A DNA stretch of 63,759 nt from Hyphochytrium catenoides (Eukaryota; Protista; Hyphochytriomycota), in NCBI GenBank assembly GCA_900088475.1, contig FLMG01001035.1:1-63759 (forward strand). Reading direction: 5' to 3'. Shown piece by piece: positions 23,546-34,530 of this stretch (the stretch's first letter is position 1; the number at the start of each line of letters is the position of its first letter). The notes below the pieces were generated by a model. That model was not told where the DNA came from, ran no database searches, and worked only from the letters and a program-made list of their open reading frames with translations. The position numbers were made by a program, and so were the translations under genes.

Positions 23546-25954
23546 ATGCGTGCATCTAAGAGCCATTATTATCCTTCTCGTTCTCCCTTTCGGCTGTCAT
23601 TACAGAGCAATCCTAAGCAGGAGCATGGTCAAACAGCTGACCCGATGACGAACATCGTTATTATTGGAGAGCCAGACTATTCCCCGCACGGAAAATATCT
23701 CAAGTCAGACTGCGATGACGTGATGTTCGCCTCCATCAGAGAGGACGAGACTCATCAATCCACAATAATAGAGCGCAAGAAGGCTGAATCTATGCCTGAG
23801 TCCCGGGCTTCTCCTCCTCCAGTGGCTTACCGGCCGGACATTGATGGGCTCAGGACCATCGCCGTTGTGGCGGTCGTAGTCTTCCACGCTTGGCCGAAGG
23901 CCTTTCCTGGAGGCTTCATTGGAGTCGATATCTTCTTTGTCATCTCGGGTTATCTCATCTCCGGTATCATCTTCAAACAGCACTTGAAGAAGAGCTTTAC
24001 GTACAAGAACTTCTATAGCCGTCGTATCCGGCGTATCTTCCCATCGCTCATCGTAGTGCTTGCGACAACGCTCGTCCTTGGATGCATCTGGCTACTGAAG
24101 GTTGAGCTCAAAGCGCTAGCTTCCACTCTGCTCGCAGGAACGGTCTTTGGTGCCAACCTCCAGATCCTAACTCTGAAGGGTGGCTACTTTGCCGTGGATG
24201 TGAAGCAGAACGCACTGTTGCACCTGTGGTCTCTAGGAGTAGAGGAGCAATATTACATCCTTTGGCCTTTCTTTGCTGCGCTTGTGATTCGTGCACCCAA
24301 GAAAGGCGGTCTTCTCATGCTTTTTCTCCTTGCAGGTGTATCTTTTGGACTCAACGTTGGCTTCATCGCACCCCATCCCAAGTTCTCGTTCTACTCCCCG
24401 CTCTGCCGCTTCTGGCAGATGGCTGCAGGCAGCATCTTAGCTTTCTTCTCGCTCGACCAAATCTCTCTCTCAAGCCCCAAGAAGGGACTCAACAAGATAG
24501 TGGCTCTTCTGCTGTCTCTCGGTGGTTTGGGTCTCTTTGCTGTGGGCTTTGCTCTGCTGCACGAGGATAAAGCTTTTCCTGGCTGGTGGGCCCTCCTGCC
24601 CACCCTGGGAGCGGTAGCTATTATCTGGGCAGGCAACGAAACCCCGATCAATCGCTATGTCCTAGGAAGCCCTCCTTTCGTCTTCATTGGGAAGATCAGT
24701 TATGACTTGTACCTCTGGCATTGGCCATTGCTGGTCTTCTCCAGGATTCTCTATCCCAATGAGGACTCTAGACCTATCTGCGCCCAGCCCTATATGATGG
24801 TAGCTGCTGCCTTCATCCTTAGCGTCCTGACGTACTATCTACTGGAGAACCAGATCCGCCATAGGAAGTCAAAACTCGTTGTGCCCATTTTGGCCGGTCT
24901 GATGATCGTCCTCGCGATCATGGGAGCGGTGATTATGAAACAACCTCAGCATTTCTCTCTCAAGAGCGTGCGGCAAGCTAGCGTCGACCTGCCACCACCT
25001 CCTCCTCCTCCAGCCGGTCCCCCACTCTCTGCAAATAATGGGACCAACAGCACGAGCAGCAAGAGTGTGTTGAACTCAAGCAAGGGCCCACGGATCGAAA
25101 TGCCAACGGTGGCCAAAGTAAACGCAGGGAGAGGAGATTGGGAAATGCCACCCAAGGCCTTCGGAGACATAACGGACGACTCTCCGTTCATGACACCCTC
25201 GAAGGGGCATTGGCTCAATGAGGGACAGAAGGAGACGATTGTCGTCCTTGGAGACTCACACTCAAACATGGTAGCGCACAGATTCGTGAAGCTCTATGAA
25301 GACGCCAAGGCGGCGAGTAAGAAGTTCCGTACGGTTGTCTATAAGACACTGGACGGCACACCTCCTATGATCTGTCATGAGGCCTTTCCGGCCCACTTTG
25401 ATATGATCAACAAGGTGAAGCCTACCGTGGTGCTGATTGTCACCAACTGGTCGCAGTGGATTCGTCCTGGTGGTGCAGCGTCCGACCCTCTTCACGATGA
25501 GCTGCGCTGCTGCAGCAGAGGCTATTCAGACAACTGTGAGTATCAAAGCCCTAAAGACGCAGACGAGATTCTGCGGCACTTCTTCGGTACCGTGCATGAC
25601 CTCACCGCCAAGGGAATCAAGGTCTTTGTGGCGACGCTGAACCCTGAAGGCGAGTCCTTCAACCCTTACAAGATGGCTGACGCCAGCGGCCTCGTTCAGT
25701 CAAATCTGCAGCCTGTGAGTCTCTCAGGCTATAGAAAAGACCATGCTGATCTCATTCAGAAGGTCGAGAGCGGGATCCAGGGTGCTAACGCTACGATGAT
25801 CAGCTTCGCGGACAACATGTGCTGGGAGGACGTGTGCCAAGTTGTAGAGCCGCATGGACATCCCATCATGAAGGACAAGGACCACTTCCGACCATTCTTT
25901 GCAAGGAACTACATTGACACGATAGACCCCGTTGTTGATGCTGCACTTTCTTAG
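23546..25954 (+). CDS. OafA/YrhL-type O-acyltransferase (acyltransferase-3 membrane domain + C-terminal SGNH domain)
   Basis: YRPDIDGLRTIAV..VFH, GGFIGVDIFFVISGYLI, FYSRRIRRIFP, HLWSLGVEEQYY, IGKISYDLYLWHWP; SGNH motifs LGDSH and DKDH; intact and intronless. The true start may be a downstream Met. Confidence 0.95.
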   Translation: MRASKSHYYPSRSPFRLSLQSNPKQEHGQTADPMTNIVIIGEPDYSPHGKYLKSDCDDVMFASIREDETHQSTIIERKKAESMPESRASPPPVAYRPDIDGLRTIAVVAVVVFHAWPKAFPGGFIGVDIFFVISGYLISGIIFKQHLKKSFTYKNFYSRRIRRIFPSLIVVLATTLVLGCIWLLKVELKALASTLLAGTVFGANLQILTLKGGYFAVDVKQNALLHLWSLGVEEQYYILWPFFAALVIRAPKKGGLLMLFLLAGVSFGLNVGFIAPHPKFSFYSPLCRFWQMAAGSILAFFSLDQISLSSPKKGLNKIVALLLSLGGLGLFAVGFALLHEDKAFPGWWALLPTLGAVAIIWAGNETPINRYVLGSPPFVFIGKISYDLYLWHWPLLVFSRILYPNEDSRPICAQPYMMVAAAFILSVLTYYLLENQIRHRKSKLVVPILAGLMIVLAIMGAVIMKQPQHFSLKSVRQASVDLPPPPPPPAGPPLSANNGTNSTSSKSVLNSSKGPRIEMPTVAKVNAGRGDWEMPPKAFGDITDDSPFMTPSKGHWLNEGQKETIVVLGDSHSNMVAHRFVKLYEDAKAASKKFRTVVYKTLDGTPPMICHEAFPAHFDMINKVKPTVVLIVTNWSQWIRPGGAASDPLHDELRCCSRGYSDNCEYQSPKDADEILRHFFGTVHDLTAKGIKVFVATLNPEGESFNPYKMADASGLVQSNLQPVSLSGYRKDHADLIQKVESGIQGANATMISFADNMCWEDVCQVVEPHGHPIMKDKDHFRPFFARNYIDTIDPVVDAALS

Positions 25955-26309
25955 CGCTTGGACAAGAACGGGCCGTGCACAGACGCGTACGGGACTGACC
26001 GCTGAGCGGCCGCTAGGAGGGTCAAGCATCATTGGTCAACAGGTGAAGAGAGCTTGGTTATCTCTTCGCTAGCATCATTGGTCAGCGCATAGACAGGCAG
26101 CCCATCATAGAGAGAACCTGCACCACTTGCAGACAGCGATAGACAGACTGAGAGTGAGCCTGTGAAGGTGGCTCGAGAGGGAGAGAAGGATTGAAGAAAG
26201 CTCCTTGCTGAGAGTCCTAAATAACTACTATATATATATAACGCTAACGAAGAGATATGTTAGGCGATGACATTGTATTTAGCTTCTCGATTGAGGGAGT
26301 TCCCTGCCT

Positions 26310-26550
26310 TGACCTTCTTCTTTCCCTCCGTCTCTCTCTCTTCTCCTGCACCTTATTCTTTGTCGTTTTCCCTCTCCCTCTCTCTCTCTCCCCCCTTCTC
26401 CCTCTGTACCTCTCTTTCTTCTCTAGGTTTCTCCTCTTTCTCTCTCTCTCGAACTCTTCTCATTTCTTCTTTTGCGCGGCTCTTCCTTTCGCTCTCAAAT
26501 TCTCTCTGCTCTGTGGCACTAACTCTGTCTCATTTCACTCCTCTCTCCAT
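26310..26550. repeat. CT-rich microsatellite/low-complexity tract
   Basis: Degenerate (CT)n. Confidence 0.85.
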
Positions 26551-26769
26551 CGCTGATGCCCTTCTCCCGCCGCTTCCCGTCCCTTCAGTATGGCACTCCA
26601 ATGCTACAACGGAAGCATGCCCCACCTCTTTTATCTTTGTAAAAATAGAGCATAATGGATAGATTACAATGATGAGCAGCAGCTCATGGTCAGCAAATTC
26701 TGCTCTGGGTAGCCTCATGAAAGCTCTCATTATGGTGAGCAAACAGCCCCAAAAATGCCTGGCACCCCT

Positions 26770-28490
26770 CTGTCCTCTTAGTGCCATTGCCTCTTCTTCT
26801 ACTTCGTTTTCTTCTCCTCCCCCTACGTTCTCTGCCCTGCCAACCTCTCTGTTCCTTCTGTTCTCCCCTCCGCTGCCCTTGCCCCTGGCTCAGCTTCCCC
26901 TGGCCCAGCTTCCCCTGGCCTTACTGGCCCCTCTCACTCTTCGCCTCGTCCTTCTATCTCACCTGCTAACCCCACTACTACCAATAGCCCTTCTCTCGAG
27001 TACCTCCACCAGCTCAGCCCCGCTAGCACCTCTCCATCCTGACGTTCTTTGTCCTCTCCGTATTTGTGCTCATTCCTCTCAGCCTATCGAACGTCTTCCA
27101 GCACCTGCAAAATGTTCATCACTCTGAACGCTCTCACCCTGCTCTTCTCTCCTTCCTGTCTCAACAGGGCCGAGCCTGCTGTCTTCGCGGTTGTGGGCAT
27201 ATCCCGACTTGCAAGACCATTAGTCGGGCGCCGCGGTCACTTCGCGCGCTGTCCCGAACCCAGGCTTGACCTCCCTCCCTTAGCAGCTTCTTCCCACCCT
27301 ACTACCTCTCCTCTACCTCTGCTGTCCCCTCGGCCTACCCTCCCTGGTTCCCCCTCTGTCTTTCCTTCTCTAAAATCCTGTTCTGCTATGCCCTCACCTG
27401 TGCGTCCGGCTGGGAGTTCCTCTCCTTCCTCTCCCCCACCTCGCGCTTCTCTCTCTGAATCTTTCTCTTTCTCCGTTCTTGATCTCGCCGTGCCGCCTGA
27501 ACCTCGTCTCCCTTCTCTAATGGATATCTGCCAACTCCCCTGCCGGTCCATTTGCAAGCTCCCTTCGCTGGTTCTTTGGTATCGTTTGGCTCAGTCCTGA
27601 GAGCCTGTGTCTCTCTGTCCTACTTCTTGGTCTCTGCTCTTCCTCTTCCCCAAAGCTGTGCTCCGATGGTCCCGCCCTGCCCGGGTAGGTCACAAACGTC
27701 GTCGGGTTAGCAATGCTAGTTTGTCGCAGGTGAATATGCTGTCTTCTGCTGGCCTAGACTTGCGTGCACAAGTTCGCTTGCGGCCTACTTTTCTCCTCCC
27801 AGGCAGGGGCTTTCCTCGGGGCTGTCCCTATTCCCTGGTTGCAACTAGAGGCCTCTCCTCCGTTGGTGTTCCGAATGTTTCTAGGTATCCCTCTCGTGTG
27901 CACTCCTGCCTCTTGCCTGTCTTGTGCCCGTCCAATGGATGCCTTTGGCAATCATGGCACAGTCGTTCGTCGTGGCGGTGGCGCTTATCAACGTCACCGC
28001 TGCGGCCAGGACCTCCTCTTTCATGCATTTCGGGATTCTGGTCTCAAAGTCTCCCGCGAACCTCGCTCCTTCCGGGCTCCAAGCAGAAGCCTGGAGATTT
28101 GTTGGTTCGTGGATTTTCACCTTCGTCAGTACTCGGCCTTTGATGGGTCCGTCACGGATCCACTGCAATTCAGAAGCCTTCACTATGCAGCAGTCCATGC
28201 CGGCTATCAAGGTTACTGTCGGTGAACGCGAAGGTTAGAAAGTATGAGGGTCCCTGCCAGGCTGTGGGCTACAGTTTGTGCCGCTCGTCCCTGAGTCTTT
28301 TGTGTTGCTTTGTCGCATGTCCTCGACTCTGTGCAACAGCTGGTCAAGCTTCACTGTATCGTGCCGCTCTTCTTGAGGTCTCCCGTCCTCTTGGTCATTG
28401 CTTTTGGTTGGAGAATGCGATTCAGTTTCTGAAGCGTATTTATGTTCAGCAGTTGGACCCCGCCCTAGCTAGCATGATTGAGCGTCATAT
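26770..28490 (+). mobile_element. Non-autonomous CRE-like element: 5' region fused to zinc knuckle/RLE, RT deleted
   Basis: Pro/Ser-rich N-terminus, LFLFPKAVLRWSRPAR, then a jump at ~27735 to QAGAFLGAVP, CLSCARPMDAFGNH, KPGDL, FDGSVTDPLQ, KVRKYEGPC; closely similar to the inverted copy at 13480-14270. Confidence 0.85.
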
Positions 28491-29468
28491 GATTTTTACC
28501 AGTCATAGTGCCTGTCTCAAAGTCAGTCATCATCCAGCACAACAGTAGCTCCGGTCACCAGTCTCTTGGACTAGAAGAATGCAGAGCCACGTTGCTCTTT
28601 CTGGCACCAGATAGAGAGAGAAAAGAATAAAGCTTCGTTATTATAACGAGGCACCCAGCAAGTTTAAGTGCGTTCAATGATTGCCCACGTAATGAGTGAG
28701 TCTATGGATAGGCAATCCTGCTGCTGCTTCAAGCTAAAGTGGTGCTGCTGCACCTCATTCAGATGTGTTTATTATAATGAAGTAGCATAACATTATCTTT
28801 ATCTACATGCATCAAAAAAAGCATCAAAAAGACAAGCACGTAGCCACTAAGTGAAAGGCATCCTTAATCGTGAAAAGTCAGCAGTCATGGGCGTTGGTCT
28901 GGCGAGGCCGCAAGAATGATTCGGCGGGCTTCAGAAGAGGCCATTCACCAACCTCCCTTCAAATTAACCGACCATTTCTCACCAATAATCCCGCGGTTTC
29001 AAGGCGACTTCAAGCACCGCAGCAAGGTCTTCAAATGATGGGTTCGGGGGGGAGGGAAAGGATCTCGTTCTTGTACGAGTAGTCATTGAATGATAGTCCT
29101 TTGGTGATGCAGGTCCACCACCAATATATAAACCGAATGACAAGTATTGTGGCTCTTTGGGGCAACCATTATTGTTTGTGGCTACTGGAACGAGGAACGA
29201 GGTGCTTTAGCCTCTATAATTGTTGGCCGATTTGCCCTCGTTTGTGGTCGCTCTGTTTTTATAAAGTCTAATGTTCCCGAAAAAGCGGCCAATGCTCGAA
29301 CGTTCATCCTCCATTATAACAAATGACGGACCTCAGACCGGCCACCGTGAGGTTGATCACTTCCTACCCTGCGGGCTGTCTTGGTGCTGGCACTTGTTTC
29401 CCCCCATCATTATTAGTTATTCGAAACCGTAATATGCACCTGAAGACTGCCAATTCTTACGGTTTGAA

Positions 29469-31526
29469 ATGCCAATCTACCGAATGGTGTCATTGTCAGA
29501 CTTTCCCTCTAGCAGACAGAGTCTCCCCTCATCACCAAGAACCATGGTGAGCAGCACTCTTCAGGTCCTCTCTAATCTTGACCTGCTCCGGTCAATCCAC
29601 GAGTTTCAATCTGGGATGGAGTTCAAGGATTGGACAAATGGCGACAAGGCCATGAAGCTTCGTCATTACAGTCTCATGAGATTGAAGCAGGACTCGGGGG
29701 CCAAGGACTTCTTCTACACCTATCGAGCAACACGGACAGCGGTGGAGCAAGGAGACCTAACCATGTTAGATTTCATTCTGTCATCGAGCAGAAACACGTT
29801 CACGGTGGAGGGCTCAACTTTCGCTAGCCCGGCGTCGGAGACCATTCGTTGGAATTTGCTGCTACGTAGGCCTGATATAGCTCCATGGAAGGCGGAGCCG
29901 TTGTCGCACGACCCGGAAGAAGATGCCGGCTTTGAGAAGCATGATCAGTATGAGGATGCTGACCACTTTTGGGGTGGTCATTTGCATGTTGTGAAATGGC
30001 TTATGGAACATACAGTCTATTGGCAGAAGCAGGTCACCACGTGCTTTTACATGGCTGTGATGCGTGGGCATGTAGAACTGGTAGAATGGCTATTGTATCG
30101 TCTTGGGTCCTCTAAGGCATCAAGGAAATCACATGGGAAGGCTATTGGGTTTGCTGCTTTATCTGGAGCCGTCCCTACGTTCCTTTGGCTACAGGAGAAA
30201 GCAATGGAACTATACGGAGAGTACATACCATGCCAAAGCGAATCTGACTCTCTTGGAATCCTCCAATGGATTCTGCAGAACCAAGTGCAATATGACCTGT
30301 GGGCTTCCTGCTACAAAATGGCAGTCAGTAGTGGTAGCCTACAGACTGTCCAGTGGATCGAAGAGGTACTTCCGGGGGATTATCCACCCCCAAGTAATGG
30401 GGCTTTGCATTTGCTAGCTGTGGATGGTCACCTTGATATGCTGAGGCATTTCTGTGAGCCCACGAAACGGAAGCGGTTAAGCGCCACTACGTTAACGCTT
30501 GGTAGGTTTGGACCGACGAGCATAGCGTCAAACGGCCATGTCCATGTACTTAAATGGCTAAAAGAGAAGGGGTTAGCCTCTTTAACGTGTGGCGATGATT
30601 ATTATTTATCGTCACCAGTCCATAAGGGTCATTATGATACGGTTGAATGGCTCCTCACTGAGCAGGAAGGGTCATCTCTGGACGAGGACATCACACGCCT
30701 TTGGGCGATGCCGGCTAAGACGGGAGATCTCAAACTGCTGGATTTATTGTATAGTCACTACAAGGGTCCTGTTTCCGCTGTTTCTCGAAGCTCTATCGAG
30801 AATGCCGTGCAAGGAGCAATAGAAATGGGCCATCATAAAGTTATTGACTACTTTCAAGAAAGATGCGGACCCTTGCAAAATGATGAAAACATATCTCGGT
30901 ACTGTCTGTATTATGCGGCATCGGGTGGCCACCTAAATCTCCTCAAGCACTTACATAAGAATGGCTTTGGATCGTACAGTCTTGATCAGTGGAACATAGC
31001 TCTCTGGAAGGGTCATCTACCTGTTGCCAAATTCCTTTGGAAGGAGCTTGGTCTCGCCAACGGGGAGCTACCCTTTGGGACTAGGGATATCCATGAAGCT
31101 CTTGAACACGAATTTTGGGATGTTGCGTATTGGCTTCTAACTCTGGACCAGGCTGCCAGCTTGAGAGATGACTGGATAGCGGAGCGGCAGCAGATGAAGT
31201 CGGCCTTCAAAGAACGGATTGTCGGATTGTTTGGAGAGCTACTGCGCGAGAAAGGGAAACGCTATGCGGAGGACCTCATTACTCATCTTCTAGACGACGA
31301 GGTTACGTTGAGTCACAATCTCAATGAAGCAAATAGTCCTGATTGCGCAGTAACTTATGCCACATGGTTTACGGAGGAAGAACTGCAGAGAATGTCTATA
31401 AAAATAAAGAAAGTGGAAAGGCTTTTAAAAGCCCTACAAAGACAGAGAGGAAACGAGGAACAAGTCGATAATACTGGCACAAGAGTATCTGGAGACTCTT
31501 CAACGCACCATAGAAGTCGGAGCTGA
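29469..31526 (+). CDS. Ankyrin-repeat protein (685 aa, intronless)
   Basis: Multiple units such as AVMRGHVELVEWL, AVDGHLDMLRH, ASNGHVHVLKWL and AASGGHLNLLKHLH; N-terminal VLSNLDLLRSIHEFQSG motif; likely start at Met ~29544. Confidence 0.88.
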   Translation: MPIYRMVSLSDFPSSRQSLPSSPRTMVSSTLQVLSNLDLLRSIHEFQSGMEFKDWTNGDKAMKLRHYSLMRLKQDSGAKDFFYTYRATRTAVEQGDLTMLDFILSSSRNTFTVEGSTFASPASETIRWNLLLRRPDIAPWKAEPLSHDPEEDAGFEKHDQYEDADHFWGGHLHVVKWLMEHTVYWQKQVTTCFYMAVMRGHVELVEWLLYRLGSSKASRKSHGKAIGFAALSGAVPTFLWLQEKAMELYGEYIPCQSESDSLGILQWILQNQVQYDLWASCYKMAVSSGSLQTVQWIEEVLPGDYPPPSNGALHLLAVDGHLDMLRHFCEPTKRKRLSATTLTLGRFGPTSIASNGHVHVLKWLKEKGLASLTCGDDYYLSSPVHKGHYDTVEWLLTEQEGSSLDEDITRLWAMPAKTGDLKLLDLLYSHYKGPVSAVSRSSIENAVQGAIEMGHHKVIDYFQERCGPLQNDENISRYCLYYAASGGHLNLLKHLHKNGFGSYSLDQWNIALWKGHLPVAKFLWKELGLANGELPFGTRDIHEALEHEFWDVAYWLLTLDQAASLRDDWIAERQQMKSAFKERIVGLFGELLREKGKRYAEDLITHLLDDEVTLSHNLNEANSPDCAVTYATWFTEEELQRMSIKIKKVERLLKALQRQRGNEEQVDNTGTRVSGDSSTHHRSRS

Positions 31527-33021
31527 TGAAGGAGAAGTACAAGATGCTCAACGTAAGTTGATAACAACTCGGAGAGTTAAGACAAGGAGAAGGTCAAGAT
31601 GAAATCGCCGCACTAGAGAGAAGCATAGAGGAAAATCGAGAAGCTCATGAGGACATCCAAAGAGACCTTAATGGGCTTAAGTATGACAACAGCTATGATG
31701 CTTTGGATGATGATGAGCAAGGGGATTAATGCTCGAACGAATAAAGGTTGTGGCTCAAAGAAAATATAGACTGACCTTGTAAGATAAAAGCTAGCATCGT
31801 GGGTATCTTGCAGAGATCAAGCAGCTGGTGCGATTCGCAGCTTCCATATCTTCGTGAGGAGCCAGTGCTGGTGGAAGTCTGCTTGTTCTCGGAGTCGCAC
31901 TTGCATGAGAGATCTGTCGAGCCGATGATGTAGTCATCTTTGACAAGCCACGGAGGCAATTATTCTGAGTGAGCGGACGGTAGCCTAATAACTATTCTTC
32001 TCATTCAGTCGGTAGGGGTTCCGGTTGTGCATAGGAGAACGACTCTAAAGGAGAGAACCTGCAAAAGGCCTTTTGTTAAGACAGGATTAGCGGTCAGCTT
32101 CCGAGAGAGTTATATGTGGATACCAGTTTGAGGCGATCGGTTGGTGTGCTACTATAGATACCAGTGGCTTGCTGCTGGCGGCCAACCCGAGCAACTTCCT
32201 GAAGTCCCAGTAGTAGTGGCGACTGGTAACTCAATGGTGCCAACTGGCGGCGTGCTAGTGATGTCCTAATACTGAAGATTCTAGTGGCCTATTGTTGACC
32301 TGCCCGGTCGTGTGACCTACTTTTGACGCATGTCTTCTTACCAACTGTTGGCTCGTTCACTCTCACCCAGAGAAGGACCCCTCGATTAGGAGATTACGAC
32401 CTTCCCAATGCCACATCTTAAGATTGGCGATGCCCAGTAAGATGGTGGTCTGTGAGAGAATGTAGACCTTTCACACGGTGTACGGCAACTGGAAGCTGTG
32501 ACCTGTGGGTAGATGGGAGATGTCTACCCAAGTATATTGCACAAAGAGGTGCTCTATTCTCTACGAGAGCGCCCTGGGAGCATTCACGCAAGCTAAACAG
32601 AAAGAGGGTAGGTCGGGACTTTGCTCCTGCAGGTGTCAGCTGGCTCCGAATGTATCCTCCCGGACAGCGTTCAGGATAATGCTCTCGTCACCCCTAAGTT
32701 ACGCCTGCTCCGCAAGGTATCCGTTTCCATGGTTCAAATGGTTGCCTGGGGGTGTCATGGATCATGTGACAGGTGCTTCCAGGGCTGAACAACAGGAGAA
32801 GAGATGGGCGTTGATGGCAATTATTGCTTTAAAGGAGGTGTAGAGCTACGTGACTCAAGTGTCTGGACTTCCTCAAGCATTGACGAAGTGGCGCAGCAAG
32901 CTTAATCAGAAGAGCTGTGCTACCAAGCTATTGACTGTGTTTCTTCTTCCCTTTGACCTTCTTTGTCTACTATAAGCAAAAAGATCACGAGGAACCAGAG
33001 CTCGACAAATTAGTCAGAAAA

Positions 33022-33658
33022 GGCTGCCAGTCGGTTCCTCCAGTCACGTCCTTTGATGATTGATATCTCAGTCACCGTCCTCTGCAAAATGAGTACCCTT
33101 CGTTATGCAGGTCCGGCAGGCAGACGGCTGTGGCGGCGGTTGAGGACGACGGGAAGCGCCATAAGTATCTGGCGCCAATGCCCATCAGATCAACTTTTCT
33201 TCTTTTACTTAGTGGGGAGGCCTTTGGGGAGGGTCAAGCTACCCTACGGTTGCAGCCTTCCTTAGTAGTGTTTGTGCTGTCAAGCAAATCGTCGAACGCT
33301 TGCAGTTTCACACGATGTACACTTCCCTATACTAGACACCGTTTGATCAGGCAAGTGTCCCTGGCCCTTCACGACGATGAGGTGGCCTTTATGGTTCCGT
33401 CCATGCCCTTTCTTGCTTTTCTCCACTCCTCTCCGCTCTCTTCTTCTTCCTCTTTTCGATCTCCTTCTTCTCCTCAAGAAGCTGCCGCCGCCATCGCTTC
33501 CTTGGTGTCTCGGCAGTGGCCGGGTGAGCTCCCTGACTCCCTGGCCTATTTTCTCTTGTCCGTCCACATTCTCATAGCTTCTTTGAAAGGTAGTCTACCA
33601 ATCACTCCCGAAAGAATAGCTCGTTAATAAAAGCCAAGTCTCCTTGGCAAAAAAAAAA
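33022..33658 (+). mobile_element. 3' end of an RLE retrotransposon with AATAAA and A10 tail, copy 2
   Basis: LMIDISVT, AVEDDGKRHKYL, EAFG, LIRQVSLALH; AATAAA at 33626-33631; poly(A) at 33649-33658. Confidence 0.75.
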
Positions 33659-33661
33659 GAA

Positions 33662-34530
33662 TTCTACCTTCTCCTCGCTCATAATCTGCTGGCGCATCTC
33701 AACTGCGGCATCAGCATCTGAAAGTCCTCTGTCTCCTCACACCCTCTCCATCCGTCTGAGAGGCCTTTTCGCTTTCTCTTTCAGCGCTTGTCTCGCTCCT
33801 CGCCCAAGGACGACTGGCTCCTGCAGACCTCTTCCCTTCCTCGCTGGTGCTCCTCTGTTGGTCTGACCAAGAAAGATTCTAGCCTTTGGACCCATTGTCG
33901 TGGGCGAAACTCTTCGTCCATTAATGTCAAATTGCTGTTGTGACATTTTGAAAGCCCAGGCTCTGTCTCTCTTCTCACCCCTTCAGGTGAGCGGCACGGT
34001 CCCTGCTGGTGCAGAGAGTGTCGTCATGGTGTCAGGAAGGTCGTAGATGACTTTGGCAACAAGTAGTAGTCCAATGCTCTGTTAAAGGTTGACTTCAAGA
34101 AAGCCATCAACTCTATCAATCACTCAGCTATCCTGGATGGGGTTCGCGATCACTTTCCTGCTCTTTACTCGAGTTCCTTTCACCTCTTTTTCCTCGCTAG
34201 CTCCTACGGAGTCCAGTAAGGTGACCCTCTACGTCCTTTGCTATTCGCTTTAGCTCTCTAACCCATTGTCATGGGAGATCTCCGCGTCCGTACTACTAAA
34301 CCCGGCCCTCCATGCCCTGGTACCTTGACGACGGCACCCTTATTAGTGGCATCAGAGAAGACGTCGCCCCAGCCAAGACCGCAGTCCAGAGATTGGCTTA
34401 GGAATGGACTGAAGGTCAAGTGCAGGTTCTGGTGGCCCAACTTGAATCTGGAACATCTCCCCGTTTCCCTGCAGCGCTTTCCCGATTAGCAGGTGTGGCC
34501 GGTGTCAAACCTCTTAGGTGTTCCCATCGC
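33662..34530 (+). mobile_element. Degenerate CRE-like RT region, copy 2
   Basis: LRHQHLKVL, GLTKKD, PIVVGETLRPL, KVDFKKAINS, GVQ*GDPL, WYLDDG (34318-34335); collinear with 10755-11620. Confidence 0.88.

Noticed and set aside
26760-26790. TGGCAC..GTGCCA hairpin as an HDV-like ribozyme at the retroelement 5' end
   Set aside because: P1.1, P2 and P4 elements could not be built.
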